From Polyangiales bacterium (lineage in GTDB: Bacteria > Myxococcota_A > Polyangia > Polyangiales > Polyangiaceae): a stretch of DNA of 64,000 nt. This document shows, piece by piece, positions 27,072-36,365 of the stretch (position 1 is its first letter; each line of letters begins with the position of its first letter). The notes under the pieces are model-generated. The model was given only the letters and a program-made list of their open reading frames with translations, ran no database searches and had not been told where the DNA came from. Made by a program: the position numbers and the translations under genes. The DNA lies in the NCBI GenBank assembly GCA_038230375.1, contig JBBRNJ010000010.1, forward strand, positions 32,001-96,000, given 5' to 3'.

Positions 27072-28030
27072 ACCGAGCACGCAGCTTGAATCGGGCGCGG
27101 ATGCGGACGTTCGCGTTCAGTGCCCTCGCCGCGCTGCCTGCAGTTCTTGGCGCTGCCCATACACCTTCTGCGCATGCGGCGTCCTCCGCGGTGGCGCAGT
27201 GTCTGAGCGCAAACGAAGACAGCCTGAAGGCGCGCGGCGCACACAAGTTGAAGGAGGCCCGCGCGCAGGCGCTCATCTGCGCAGCGGGTACGTGCCCCAC
27301 CGACGTGCGGAACGAGTGCGCGAAGCGCGTCAGCGACATCAACGCTGCCATCCCGTCGATCATCTTCGACGTGAAGAACGAAGCGGGTGAGGACGTGCCC
27401 GGCGTCAAGGTGCGGATGGACGGTGACGCCGCTGGGAGCGCCGTCGATGGCAGCGCGGTCGAGATCGACCCCGGCGAGCACGCGTTCACGTTCTCGGTCG
27501 CGAGCTCCGCGTCGTCGGTCGACCTTTCTGCGCAGAAGACGTTCGTGCTGCGCGAGGGCGAAAAGGCGCGGCATGAACCCGTCATCATGAAGAGCACCAC
27601 TGCTGCGGGCACTCAACCAACCAGCAGCGCCACTGGCGCCACCACGGGGACGCCGCCGGAAAAGCCGCGATCGGGCGGCATGAAGATCGCCGGCATCGTG
27701 CTCGGTGGTGTTGGGCTGGTCGGCGTGGGTCTTGGAACGTATTTCGGGCTCAGCGCATCCTCGGCGTGGAGTTCACAGCAGAGCAACTGCGGCAGCCCCA
27801 CGAAATGTCCGAACCGCGCTCAGGCCATCGCTGATCACGACAACGTCACCAGCAACGGCCTCGCGTCCACGATCTCGTTCGCGGCGGGCGGCGCGCTGCT
27901 TGGCGCAGGCCTCTTGCTGTTCGTGCTGTCTCCGTCCTCCGGTTCCAAGGTAGAGGAGGCGGGCACCTTGCACGTCGTTCCTGCGTTTGGTCCCAAGGGT
28001 GGTGACCTCAGCGCAGCGTGGACCTTCTGA
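27068..28030 (+). CDS. Exported PEGA-like protein of the kinase operon
   Basis: Signal peptide; Cys-linked helical N-terminus; VRMDG...IDPGEH; Gly-rich hydrophobic hairpin; ends in WTF. Start may be 27101. Confidence 0.8.
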   Translation: MNRARSLNRARMRTFAFSALAALPAVLGAAHTPSAHAASSAVAQCLSANEDSLKARGAHKLKEARAQALICAAGTCPTDVRNECAKRVSDINAAIPSIIFDVKNEAGEDVPGVKVRMDGDAAGSAVDGSAVEIDPGEHAFTFSVASSASSVDLSAQKTFVLREGEKARHEPVIMKSTTAAGTQPTSSATGATTGTPPEKPRSGGMKIAGIVLGGVGLVGVGLGTYFGLSASSAWSSQQSNCGSPTKCPNRAQAIADHDNVTSNGLASTISFAAGGALLGAGLLLFVLSPSSGSKVEEAGTLHVVPAFGPKGGDLSAAWTF

Positions 28031-28836
28031 TGCGCAAGATCATCTTCCATGCAGCAGCAGCCCTGTTCGGCGCGGGCGTGGTCGCAGGCTGCACGGCGCT
28101 GCTGGGCGTGACGGACGTGCCCAACCCTGCGCTTGCGGATGGCTCGGCAGGAGGCAGCGAAGCGGGCATCGACGAAGCGGGCATCGACGAGGCGGGAAAT
28201 CCCATCGATGCCGCCCAGAAGGACGGCGGCGCGGCGGACGCGGGTTGCGTGAGCTTCGTGCTCCCTGCCGTGGCCGACACGTACCTGCTGGACGACGGCA
28301 ATCACTGCAACGGCGCGGTCACCTTCGGCAACGCGACGCTCCTGCACGCGGAGGTGTCCAGTCCGGCCGAGTACGCGCTGGTCAGGTTTGCGATCACGGG
28401 TGCCCAGCTCGCTTTCCTCGATTCCAGAGCAGTCATCGCGGTCTCGACCACGGGAGCCACCTGCAGTGCCGGGCTGTGTGCCGGGAATGCGTATGCGATG
28501 CGCTCGGACTGGGCGGAGGCTTCGGGGGACAGCAAGGGTGCCGACCTGTGTCGCCGCGACTTCCCATCGTTCGGGTGGGCCGCGGGTCTGGGTCAGCCGC
28601 TCGCTCAGCCGGCCGACTACGATACCCTCCCCGCCGCGGCGATGTCCCTCTCGGGGAGCACATGGCGATCCGCGCCGCTGCCGTCCGGCCCGCTCACGGC
28701 GCGGCTGTCAGGCGACGGCGGCGTCGGCTACTCCGTCTCGTTGCTCTTCAACGTCGCGTCGCCCGCGGGCGCGCTGGACTTCCCGGCCCACGACGCGGAC
28801 GGCGGCATGACCATGACCGTCATCCGCTGCGAGTGA
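28030..28836 (+). CDS. Lipoprotein (beta-sandwich, ADTY motif)
   Basis: VAGC lipobox; TGATG coupling; DEAG repeats. Confidence 0.75.
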   Translation: MRKIIFHAAAALFGAGVVAGCTALLGVTDVPNPALADGSAGGSEAGIDEAGIDEAGNPIDAAQKDGGAADAGCVSFVLPAVADTYLLDDGNHCNGAVTFGNATLLHAEVSSPAEYALVRFAITGAQLAFLDSRAVIAVSTTGATCSAGLCAGNAYAMRSDWAEASGDSKGADLCRRDFPSFGWAAGLGQPLAQPADYDTLPAAAMSLSGSTWRSAPLPSGPLTARLSGDGGVGYSVSLLFNVASPAGALDFPAHDADGGMTMTVIRCE

Positions 28837-28885
28837 ACGTGCCCGCCACGTGGGATCCGCGGCAAGGGTAGCGTAGGCTCGGGCG

Positions 28886-28957
28886 ATGCTGCTGGGCCTT
28901 GGGTTCACGTTGGCCGTCACGATCGGGCTGGCGGCGTGGGCTTGTGGCAGCTCGTGA
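28886..28957 (+). CDS. Possible leaderless 23-aa hydrophobic peptide or frameshifted remnant
   Basis: TAGGCT-N6-ATG; MLLGLGFTLAVTIGLAAWACGSS. Confidence 0.35.
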   Translation: MLLGLGFTLAVTIGLAAWACGSS

Positions 28958-29102
28958 GCACGTTCGGCGCGGCGTCCGGCTGGCTCTCACATGGAAGTAC
29001 CACTGGAGCGCGAAGCCCCCAGGCGCGCCGCGCGCTCCTCCACGGTCTCGGCGTTCGAAGCAGCGACGGCAAGGGCGGCGCCGCACCCGTGACCGGCGGG
29101 GT

Positions 29103-29145
29103 GACGCGACAACGTTGTCGCGCGACGCGACCATATTGTCGCGTC
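29103..29145. promoter_or_regulatory. Tandem palindromic operator-like site
   Basis: Perfect 18-bp palindrome CGCGACAACGTTGTCGCG followed, at a 21-bp period, by GACGCGACCATATTGTCGCGTC. Confidence 0.6.
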
Positions 29146-29331
29146 GGGGCTACTCCCTCGTGGCCTTCCCGGACCCCACGGATGGAACGAAGAAGCTCCG
29201 GGGCTGGGTCGTTACGCGAGGAAAAGACTGACCGTGGTCACCGGTGGGTTGACCGTGGTCGGCGACGCCGGCGCGAAGTGGCTGGAAATGCTCGTGGGGA
29301 TGGTTGGCCTGCGTCGTGCTCGTGGGTCGTC

Positions 29332-29613
29332 ATGACCATCACTGCATGGGGTGACGCAACCGTCGTCGAAGAGATCCAGATCAAGCAGGGCGCGGAGGGG
29401 CGCTCGTTCTCCACGCTCGTGCAGCTGCTGCGTGGGGCGGGCGGGGAGCCGCTCGTGCGCTTTGCGTACTCCACCGGAGGCGCTGCGCGGCGCGGCCCGG
29501 TGACGCTTCGCCGCGCGGACCTCGCGCGTCTGCGAAAGGCGCTGGCGAAGCATCCGCGGCTGCGCGCGGAGATCGCGGGCGTGCTCGGAGCGTCCGGAGG
29601 TTCGTCGGGATGA
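29332..29613 (+). CDS. Small hypothetical protein
   Basis: MTITAWGDATVVEE...LVRFAYSTGGAARRGPVTLR; preceded by sigma54-like TGGCCT-N5-GTGCT (29305-29320). Confidence 0.7.
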   Translation: MTITAWGDATVVEEIQIKQGAEGRSFSTLVQLLRGAGGEPLVRFAYSTGGAARRGPVTLRRADLARLRKALAKHPRLRAEIAGVLGASGGSSG

Positions 29614-29645
29614 GGCGCGCGTCGAAACCAACTATGATGAGCGTG

Positions 29646-30014
29646 ATGACGCTCGACGAGCTCCTCCGTTCACTCACGCGCCCGGAGCGCGACTTCATCG
29701 CCGCGCGTGACTATGGCGCGGACAAGGGCCGACACCTCGACGCGCTGCAGGCGGTGATCGCGAACGGTGGAGTCGTCCACTTTGGCGCGGAGGGCGTGTG
29801 GTACCCGTACGAGGTGATCGAGCTCTGCAAGAACGTGCTCGAGCCAGGGCACGCGCGCGAATATGCGGCATGCCTCGGCATCGTGCTGCTCAACGTGAAG
29901 CTCGGTGGTGATCGCAGCAACGTGATCGAGGACGTGCTCGAGAGCCAGCACGAGGCGATCGCGCGCCTGCCAGAGGAGCTACAGCGCATGCTCGACGACG
30001 TGCTCCTTCCCTGA
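29646..30014 (+). CDS. Hypothetical protein
   Basis: IAARDYG, WYPYEVIEL; TATGAT box upstream. Start uncertain. Confidence 0.7.
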   Translation: MTLDELLRSLTRPERDFIAARDYGADKGRHLDALQAVIANGGVVHFGAEGVWYPYEVIELCKNVLEPGHAREYAACLGIVLLNVKLGGDRSNVIEDVLESQHEAIARLPEELQRMLDDVLLP

Positions 30015-30084
30015 TCCGGAGCGCATGCGGTGACACAGGACGGCATGCCCACCGCGTGAGATTCCGCATACATGGCGGTGGCGC

Positions 30085-31170
30085 GTGGTTTGCTCGTGCG
30101 GGGCTGTGCTCCCCCTTCAACGCATCGGTTTTTTTGTGGGCTCCACCATTCTCGTGCTCGGCGCAGGGGGGTGCAGCCAGAACGGCGGCTCTGGCAACGG
30201 CGCCGTGTGCGTGGCGCAGGAGCGGACGATCGCGCCGATCGATCCGAATGCCGGCTCGGGGATCATCCTCCGCGGCGGGTACGTCTACGTGCAGCAGCGC
30301 GATGCGGGCCCGAACTACACCCGCAGCTTCACCCGCGTGCCGGTCTCCGGCGGTCCCACGGAGACGCTCGCGGACTCGAAGGCAGGCGACTTCGCCGCGA
30401 ACGACGCGAACACGGTCGTGTGGGAGGACCTCGCGGCCACGCCGCCTGTTCTGGAATGGCGCGGCCCGCAGCAGGAGTCGCGCACGCTCGCGCTGCCTGA
30501 TGGCGTGCAGAGCATTGCGGATCTGGCCCTTGACCGTGCGGGCAACGTGTTCGTGCTCGCGATCGATCCGAAGGGCGGCAACACGGTGTGGCGCTATAGC
30601 GCGGAGCACCAGACGTTCGACCTGCTCCATCACAACATCGCTGGCCTCACCGGCTTCTTCGAGGACGCGACCGGCATCGCGTGGCTCGGCCCGGCGACCG
30701 GCGGCACTGCGCTCTACCACGAGGACGTGACGGGCGGCGCGCCCCAGGTCAGCGCGAACCTGAGCAAGCAAAACCTTGGTCCGTACAACGGAGTCGGCAG
30801 CGTCGTGGGCCTCGATGCCACTGCGCTCTACGTGGCGAACGGCAACCACGTCATGGCGATCGATCGCACAACCGGGACGTCGACAACGGCGCTCGACCTC
30901 ACACCAGAGCAGGGCACTGCATCGGGCATGGGTCCCATCCAGCCGGACTACACGAGCGTCCGCATGGACGACGCGAGCTTCTACTGGGTGGAGCGCGATC
31001 GCGATCAGGGCACCGCCTCGATCCGCCGCACCGACAAATCCGGCAAGGGCAGCGTGTCGACGCTCACCACGATCACGGACGTCCAGTCACTCGCCGTAGG
31101 TGGATGCAGCCTGGCGTACGTGGGCGCGCAGGACTCGTCCAGCTGGGGAATCGTCGCCCGCCCCAAGTGA
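30085..31170 (+). CDS. Lipoprotein with beta-propeller-like repeats
   Basis: AGGC lipobox; LDATALYVA and MDDASFYWVE blades. Start uncertain. Confidence 0.7.
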   Translation: MVCSCGAVLPLQRIGFFVGSTILVLGAGGCSQNGGSGNGAVCVAQERTIAPIDPNAGSGIILRGGYVYVQQRDAGPNYTRSFTRVPVSGGPTETLADSKAGDFAANDANTVVWEDLAATPPVLEWRGPQQESRTLALPDGVQSIADLALDRAGNVFVLAIDPKGGNTVWRYSAEHQTFDLLHHNIAGLTGFFEDATGIAWLGPATGGTALYHEDVTGGAPQVSANLSKQNLGPYNGVGSVVGLDATALYVANGNHVMAIDRTTGTSTTALDLTPEQGTASGMGPIQPDYTSVRMDDASFYWVERDRDQGTASIRRTDKSGKGSVSTLTTITDVQSLAVGGCSLAYVGAQDSSSWGIVARPK

Positions 31171-31293
31171 CCGATCCCCGATGCCCGTCCGTCGGGTGAG
31201 CTGGTATGCCGGTAGGGAGGAAGTCTTGAACATGTGGACGAGCCCGAAGGGCGAGGACCTTGTGCGAGACGCCCGCCCGCAGGGAGGAAAGTC

Positions 31294-32094
31294 TTGAACT
31301 ACCGCACACAAGCCGCGCGCGAGCCGTCGCCTGTTCGCGAGGAGACCGTGGAGCTCAGCAGGTTCTCGCGCGCCTACACGCGCGGGCTGCTCGTCGCGAC
31401 GATCCTGTCGGGCGTCGGCGCCATCGTGACCGTCGGCTCCACCGACGTCGTCTGCGAGCGAAGCAACAAGGACGCGCCTCCCGCGTGCGAGCTGGTCGTG
31501 AGGCGTCTCGCATTTCCCTCGCACGAGGCGCTCGAGGCTGGTCCTGGTGCGGTGGAGGTGAAGAACGCGATGCTCGGTGACGACGGTGAGAAGCCGCACC
31601 TTGCCGTGCACACGCTGCATACGCCGCTCCAGTGGTTCGATCCCCGTGGTGACCGTGACGAGCTCGCGGCCGCGTTTCGCCGCTATCACGCGTCGTCAGA
31701 TCTGCACTTCTCGCTGCGCATCGAGCGCAACGCAGTGATGTCCGCGATGCTCCTGATCTTCGCCTTGTGCTTTGGGCTCCCGCTCGCGGTGGTCCAGAGG
31801 CGACAGCGCATCGTGGTCGATCTGGACACCGCCGAGGTGCGCATCGTCGGATGGAAAGGGGAGGGCGCGGGTGTCCGTCACGCCACGGTCGGCTTCGAGC
31901 GGGTCAAGGTCGAGAGCGCCGATGGTGACTCGGAGCTCTACAACGTGGTCCTGGATCTCGGCAAAAACCAGCACGTGATCGGCGAGGCCGTGAGCTCACT
32001 CGCGACGCCCGCAGCCAAACGCCTGGACGCGATCTTGCGCGGCGTGTGGGAAGAGAAGAAGAAGGCCGAGTTGCCCGTTCCGCCCGAGGCCTGA
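31294..32094 (+). CDS. Hypothetical 2-TM membrane protein
   Basis: GGAGG SD + TTG; two hydrophobic segments flanking a Cys-pair loop. Confidence 0.7.
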   Translation: MNYRTQAAREPSPVREETVELSRFSRAYTRGLLVATILSGVGAIVTVGSTDVVCERSNKDAPPACELVVRRLAFPSHEALEAGPGAVEVKNAMLGDDGEKPHLAVHTLHTPLQWFDPRGDRDELAAAFRRYHASSDLHFSLRIERNAVMSAMLLIFALCFGLPLAVVQRRQRIVVDLDTAEVRIVGWKGEGAGVRHATVGFERVKVESADGDSELYNVVLDLGKNQHVIGEAVSSLATPAAKRLDAILRGVWEEKKKAELPVPPEA

Positions 32095-32116
32095 TCTTGT
32101 GTAGGCTGCGCCAGCG

Positions 32117-32386
32117 ATGGCGCGCGTGGTCTTCACCGAGAACCTGCAGAGGCACGTCGCGTGCCCGCCCACGGAGGCCCGCGGCAATACGGTGCGTGAG
32201 GCGCTCGAGCACGTATTCGACGGCAACACGCGCCTGCGCGGCTACGTCGTGGACGAGCGAGGCGCGCTACGCAAGCACATGGTGGTGTTCGTGGACGGCA
32301 CGATCATCACCGACCGCGAGAAGCTGTCCGATCCCATCGGTGCGGGCTCGGAGATCTACGTGATGCAGGCGCTGTCCGGAGGATAG
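32117..32386 (+). CDS. MoaD/ThiS-family ubiquitin-like protein
   Basis: 89 aa; TVREAL, LRGYVVDERGALRKHMVVFVDG; C-terminal QALSGG. Confidence 0.92.
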   Translation: MARVVFTENLQRHVACPPTEARGNTVREALEHVFDGNTRLRGYVVDERGALRKHMVVFVDGTIITDREKLSDPIGAGSEIYVMQALSGG

Positions 32387-32388
32387 AC

Positions 32389-33486
32389 ATGTCAGGGCTG
32401 ATGATTTCAACGAAGAAGGGCCTCTTCTGGATCGAGGGAAAAGGCAGCGCCGCGCGCGTCTCCCGCTCCGCGTTCCTTGGAGACAACGTCGTCCTCACCA
32501 TGAAGGACCGCCGCGACGGCACGACGTACGCGGTGCTCGACCACGGACACTTCAGCGTGAAGCTCCATCGCTCCGACGACGACGGCGTGACCTGGAAGGA
32601 GATCGCCATCCCCGCCTATCCGCCGAAGCCCGAGGGCTTCGTGGACAAGGACATGTGGGGCAAGGATCGCGAGTGGGCCACGAAGAACATCTGGGCGCTG
32701 GTCCCCGCGCTCGACGCCTTGGGCGCGCTCTGGTGTGGCACCATGCCCGGCGGCCTCTTCCGCTCCGACGACCGCGGCGACACGTGGCGCCTCATCGAGA
32801 GCCTATGGAATCAGCCCACGCGCGTGAAGTGGAATGGCGGCGGCGCCGATCACGCGGCCATCCATTCCATCTGCGTGGACCCGCGCGATCCGCGCGTCGT
32901 CGTCGTCGCGGTGTCGAGCGGCGGCGTGTGGCGCACGCGCGATGCAGGCGCAACATGGCAGCCCCACACGAAGGGCATGAAGGCGGGTTACGTGCCGCCC
33001 GAGCAGGCCGACTGGCCGGAGAACCAGGATCCGCACTGCGTCGTGCAGAGCCCGTCGAACCCGGAGGTCTTCTGGTGCCAGCACCACATGGGCATCTGGC
33101 GCTCCTCGAACGATCTCGCGAGCTGGGAGCAGCTGACCGCAGAGCCATCGAGCTTTGGCTTCCCCGTCGTCGTGCATCCGCGCGACGCCGACCGCGCGTG
33201 GTTCGTACCCGCGCACTCCGACCAGAAGCGCGCGCCGATCTGGGGCCAGGTGCTGGTCACACGCACGAAGGACGGAGGCAAGACCTTCGAGACGCTGCGC
33301 GAAGGCCTGCCACAAGAGCACGCGTACGATCTGGTCTACCGCCACGCCATGGACATCGCGGACGACGGCGACCAGATCGCGTTCGGCTCCACCACCGGCA
33401 ACCTGTGGCTCACGGAAGACCAGGGCGAGCACTGGCACGCGGTCGCACACCACCTGCCTCCGATCTTCGCCGTGCGCTTCGTCTGA
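32389..33486 (+). CDS. BNR/Asp-box beta-propeller (sialidase-like), cytoplasmic
   Basis: Asp boxes SDDDGVTW, SDDRGDTW, TRDAGATW, TKDGGKTF, TEDQGEHW; QDPHC, QHHMG; no signal peptide. Confidence 0.9.
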   Translation: MSGLMISTKKGLFWIEGKGSAARVSRSAFLGDNVVLTMKDRRDGTTYAVLDHGHFSVKLHRSDDDGVTWKEIAIPAYPPKPEGFVDKDMWGKDREWATKNIWALVPALDALGALWCGTMPGGLFRSDDRGDTWRLIESLWNQPTRVKWNGGGADHAAIHSICVDPRDPRVVVVAVSSGGVWRTRDAGATWQPHTKGMKAGYVPPEQADWPENQDPHCVVQSPSNPEVFWCQHHMGIWRSSNDLASWEQLTAEPSSFGFPVVVHPRDADRAWFVPAHSDQKRAPIWGQVLVTRTKDGGKTFETLREGLPQEHAYDLVYRHAMDIADDGDQIAFGSTTGNLWLTEDQGEHWHAVAHHLPPIFAVRFV

Positions 33487-33525
33487 CGTCAGCACCAGCG
33501 GCAAGACTCGGTGTAGGATCGGCGC

Positions 33526-35754
33526 GTGGATCCGGCGCTTGCTCCCACATCACAGTTCGGACCGTTCGCCATCGGAGCGGTCCTGGCGTCACGCTACGAG
33601 ATCCTCGCGCCGCTGGGCGAAGGTGGGATGGGCGCGGTGTATCGCGCGCTGGACCGCACGCTCGAAGAAGAGGTCGCCCTCAAGGTGCTTCGTCCGGAGC
33701 TCGCGGCCAACGCGGACGCGCTTGCGCGCTTTCATCGAGAGGTGAAGCTCGCACGGCGCGTGACCCACGCGAACGTGGCCCGCACGTACGATCTGGGCTT
33801 TCACGAAGGCACCCGCTTCATCACCATGGAGCTCATTCACGGCGAGTCACTCGCGGTGGCGGCTCGTCGCGGCGTTGCGCTGCCGGAGGCGCTGCGCATC
33901 GCACACGAGGCCTGCCTTGGCCTGATCGCTGCGCATGCCGTGGGCGTGGTCCACCGGGATTTCAAGCCCGACAACGTGATGCTGGAGGAGCAGCGCGTGA
34001 AGCTGACCGACTTCGGCATCGCACGTGCGCTCGGTGCGCCCGACGCCCACACGGTCAACGCCATCGTCGGCACGCCGGCGTACATGGCTCCGGAGCAGGT
34101 GGAGGGGCACGCGATCGACGGCCGAACCGACGTCTACGCGTTCGGTGTGATGCTGTTCGAGCTGACCACGCGGCGCCTGCCCTGGGACGGCGATTCTCCG
34201 TTCGCGCTCGCGGCCGCGCGCCTGCTGCGGCCCGCTCCACGCGCGCGCGACGTCGCAGCCGACGTGCCCGATGGTGTGGACGCTCTCATCGCTCACATGC
34301 TCCAGAAGAAGCGCGAGGATCGCCCCGACGCGGCGAGCGTGGCCGACGAGCTCGAACGGCTGCGCGGCGTACGAGCGCGGACACTTTCGCCGGGTGGGCT
34401 CACCTCGACGCTGAGCAACCTGCCGAGCGTCACCGAGCGCGCCGTGGTGCTTCGTCCATTCGACGGCGAGCCCGCGGAGCTGGCCGCATCGCTCGAGGCA
34501 GTGCTCGGCGACGCGCTGGTCAACGCCAAGGGGCTCACCGTTGCCCTCCTGCGCGAGGCTCCGAATGCACGCGGTGACGTCGCCCTCGCGGGCAGCGTGC
34601 GAGCTGCTGGTGATACCGTGCGTGTGCGCGTTCGCCTCGTGGAGCCGGTGAGCGGTGTCACCACGTGGGCGGATCAGATCGATGGGACGAAGAGCGATCC
34701 GTTCGCGCTCGAGGATGCGCTCGTCTCGCGCGTGGTGCCTGCCATCGTGCACCGCTGCGGCGGCGGCCAGGGACCAGGCGATCCGGCGGTTCGCGCTCGG
34801 TGGGAAGAGGCCCGCGCCCTGTACGCGGAGGTCGCGCCGGCGAGCGTCATGAAGGCGACCGCCATCGCCGAGGAGATCCTCACGAGCGACCCGAAGAATC
34901 CGTGGGCGATGGCACTCCTTGCGCTCTGCGGAATGCGCACGTTCACGCAGATCGGCTCCGCGGACCAGACGATCGTGGCACGCAGCGAGGAGCTGGCGTT
35001 GCGCGCGCTGGACATCGATCCCCGCGTGGCGGACGCGTACTATGCGGTGGCGCTGGTTCGCTGGGCCACCGGTGACTATCGCGGCGTCATCCAGGCGGAT
35101 CAGGAGGCACTTCGACGAAACCCGCTCTTTGGCGACGCCCACGCGGGCCTCGCGTCGGTGCTCGCGGACCTTGGCAGTCTTGATGCAGCGCTGCAACGCG
35201 TGGACGTTGCCATCAGGCTCCAGCCCCGCGACTTCAATGCGCGTGCGACGCGCGTCCGCACGCTGGCGCTGCTCGGCCGGGTGGGCGAGACGAAGACGGA
35301 GATCCAGCGCATGTACGACCTGGGAGGCGGCGCCGCGGTCACGAGCATGGAGGCACGGCTGGTGTTCTGGTGGGGCGACCGCGAACACGCGGGGCTCCTC
35401 GCTGAACGCATGACTGCACTCGCATCCAAGGCGTCGTGGGACAGTGCGATCCCTGCGCTACGCGCCTATGCACGCAACGAAGCCGACCCGGACGCGGTCG
35501 TACGGCTGGAGACCTGGTATGGCCAGGCCTTCGGGGCGAGCCGCGGACTCATCCTCCAGATCGCAACGGAGTACTTTGCCGCGATCGGTGATCGCGAGCA
35601 GGCGCTGAGCTTCATCAGGCGATTCGAACCGCGCACCTTCTGGTCGCTGGGGTGGCTCGACCACTGCCCAGCGCTCGCATGCGTGCGCGACTCCACGGAG
35701 CTCGCAGCGCTTCGCGTGAGTACGGCGGAGCGCGTTGCGCGGCTACTTGACTAG
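33526..35754 (+). CDS. Ser/Thr kinase with TolB-N-like and TPR domains
   Basis: LGEGGMGAVY, HRDFKPDN, DFG, GTPAYMAPE; GSVRAAGDTVRVRVRLV; TPR helices. Confidence 0.93.
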   Translation: MDPALAPTSQFGPFAIGAVLASRYEILAPLGEGGMGAVYRALDRTLEEEVALKVLRPELAANADALARFHREVKLARRVTHANVARTYDLGFHEGTRFITMELIHGESLAVAARRGVALPEALRIAHEACLGLIAAHAVGVVHRDFKPDNVMLEEQRVKLTDFGIARALGAPDAHTVNAIVGTPAYMAPEQVEGHAIDGRTDVYAFGVMLFELTTRRLPWDGDSPFALAAARLLRPAPRARDVAADVPDGVDALIAHMLQKKREDRPDAASVADELERLRGVRARTLSPGGLTSTLSNLPSVTERAVVLRPFDGEPAELAASLEAVLGDALVNAKGLTVALLREAPNARGDVALAGSVRAAGDTVRVRVRLVEPVSGVTTWADQIDGTKSDPFALEDALVSRVVPAIVHRCGGGQGPGDPAVRARWEEARALYAEVAPASVMKATAIAEEILTSDPKNPWAMALLALCGMRTFTQIGSADQTIVARSEELALRALDIDPRVADAYYAVALVRWATGDYRGVIQADQEALRRNPLFGDAHAGLASVLADLGSLDAALQRVDVAIRLQPRDFNARATRVRTLALLGRVGETKTEIQRMYDLGGGAAVTSMEARLVFWWGDREHAGLLAERMTALASKASWDSAIPALRAYARNEADPDAVVRLETWYGQAFGASRGLILQIATEYFAAIGDREQALSFIRRFEPRTFWSLGWLDHCPALACVRDSTELAALRVSTAERVARLLD

Positions 35755-35756
35755 GC

Positions 35757-36314
35757 TCATCGGTAGGGGAGGCTCACGGCGTCCCTCATGGTCCGCGCGG
35801 CCTCTGCCAGCTGCCTCGTCGCGTTCACCGCGATGGGGACGTCGAGCACGATGCGGTCGGCGGACACGTATCGCTCGGCGCGCGTGATGTTCACGCCTAG
35901 CGCGGTCACCTCGAGCTCGGTCACGCCCATCGATGCCGTGGTCGCATGCAGGGTCTCGACCATCTGCTGGAGTCCAGAGCCTAGAAGCAGCTTCAGTCGC
36001 TCGGGTTCCGACGTCCTGAGCTTGAAGGTCGCGTCGAACTGCGCGTCACCGATCGCCACGTCGTGCATTCCGGCGACATGCGCGAGCCGATCCCCAAAAC
36101 CCTCCAGCCCGATCGAGAACTCGAACGGCAGCGGCTGCTCGAGGAACGCCATCGTTTCGAACCTGTCTCCCGACACGCTGCGCGTGAGGCGCACGGGCAC
36201 ACCGCCAAGTGACCCGTAGATCGTGAGAACGCTGTGCGTCTCGAAGAGGCTGGGCCCAGGCAGGAAGATCCACCCGAGCCGCTTCGCGGCCTCCTTCATC
36301 TCGTCGATGGGCAC
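35757..36314 (-). CDS. Hypothetical protein
   Basis: DVAIGDAQFDATF motif; TATGCT-N6-GTG. Confidence 0.7.
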   Translation of the reverse strand: MPIDEMKEAAKRLGWIFLPGPSLFETHSVLTIYGSLGGVPVRLTRSVSGDRFETMAFLEQPLPFEFSIGLEGFGDRLAHVAGMHDVAIGDAQFDATFKLRTSEPERLKLLLGSGLQQMVETLHATTASMGVTELEVTALGVNITRAERYVSADRIVLDVPIAVNATRQLAEAARTMRDAVSLPYR

Positions 36315-36365
36315 GACGACAGCATAACCGCGCGCGTCGTTCGACTGCGACGCGTTCGTGATCGT

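Noticed and set aside
32117..35754. Ubl-based antiphage system (Bil/CBASS-like)
   Set aside because: No E1, E2, JAB or cyclase genes; the downstream kinase has its own -10 box.
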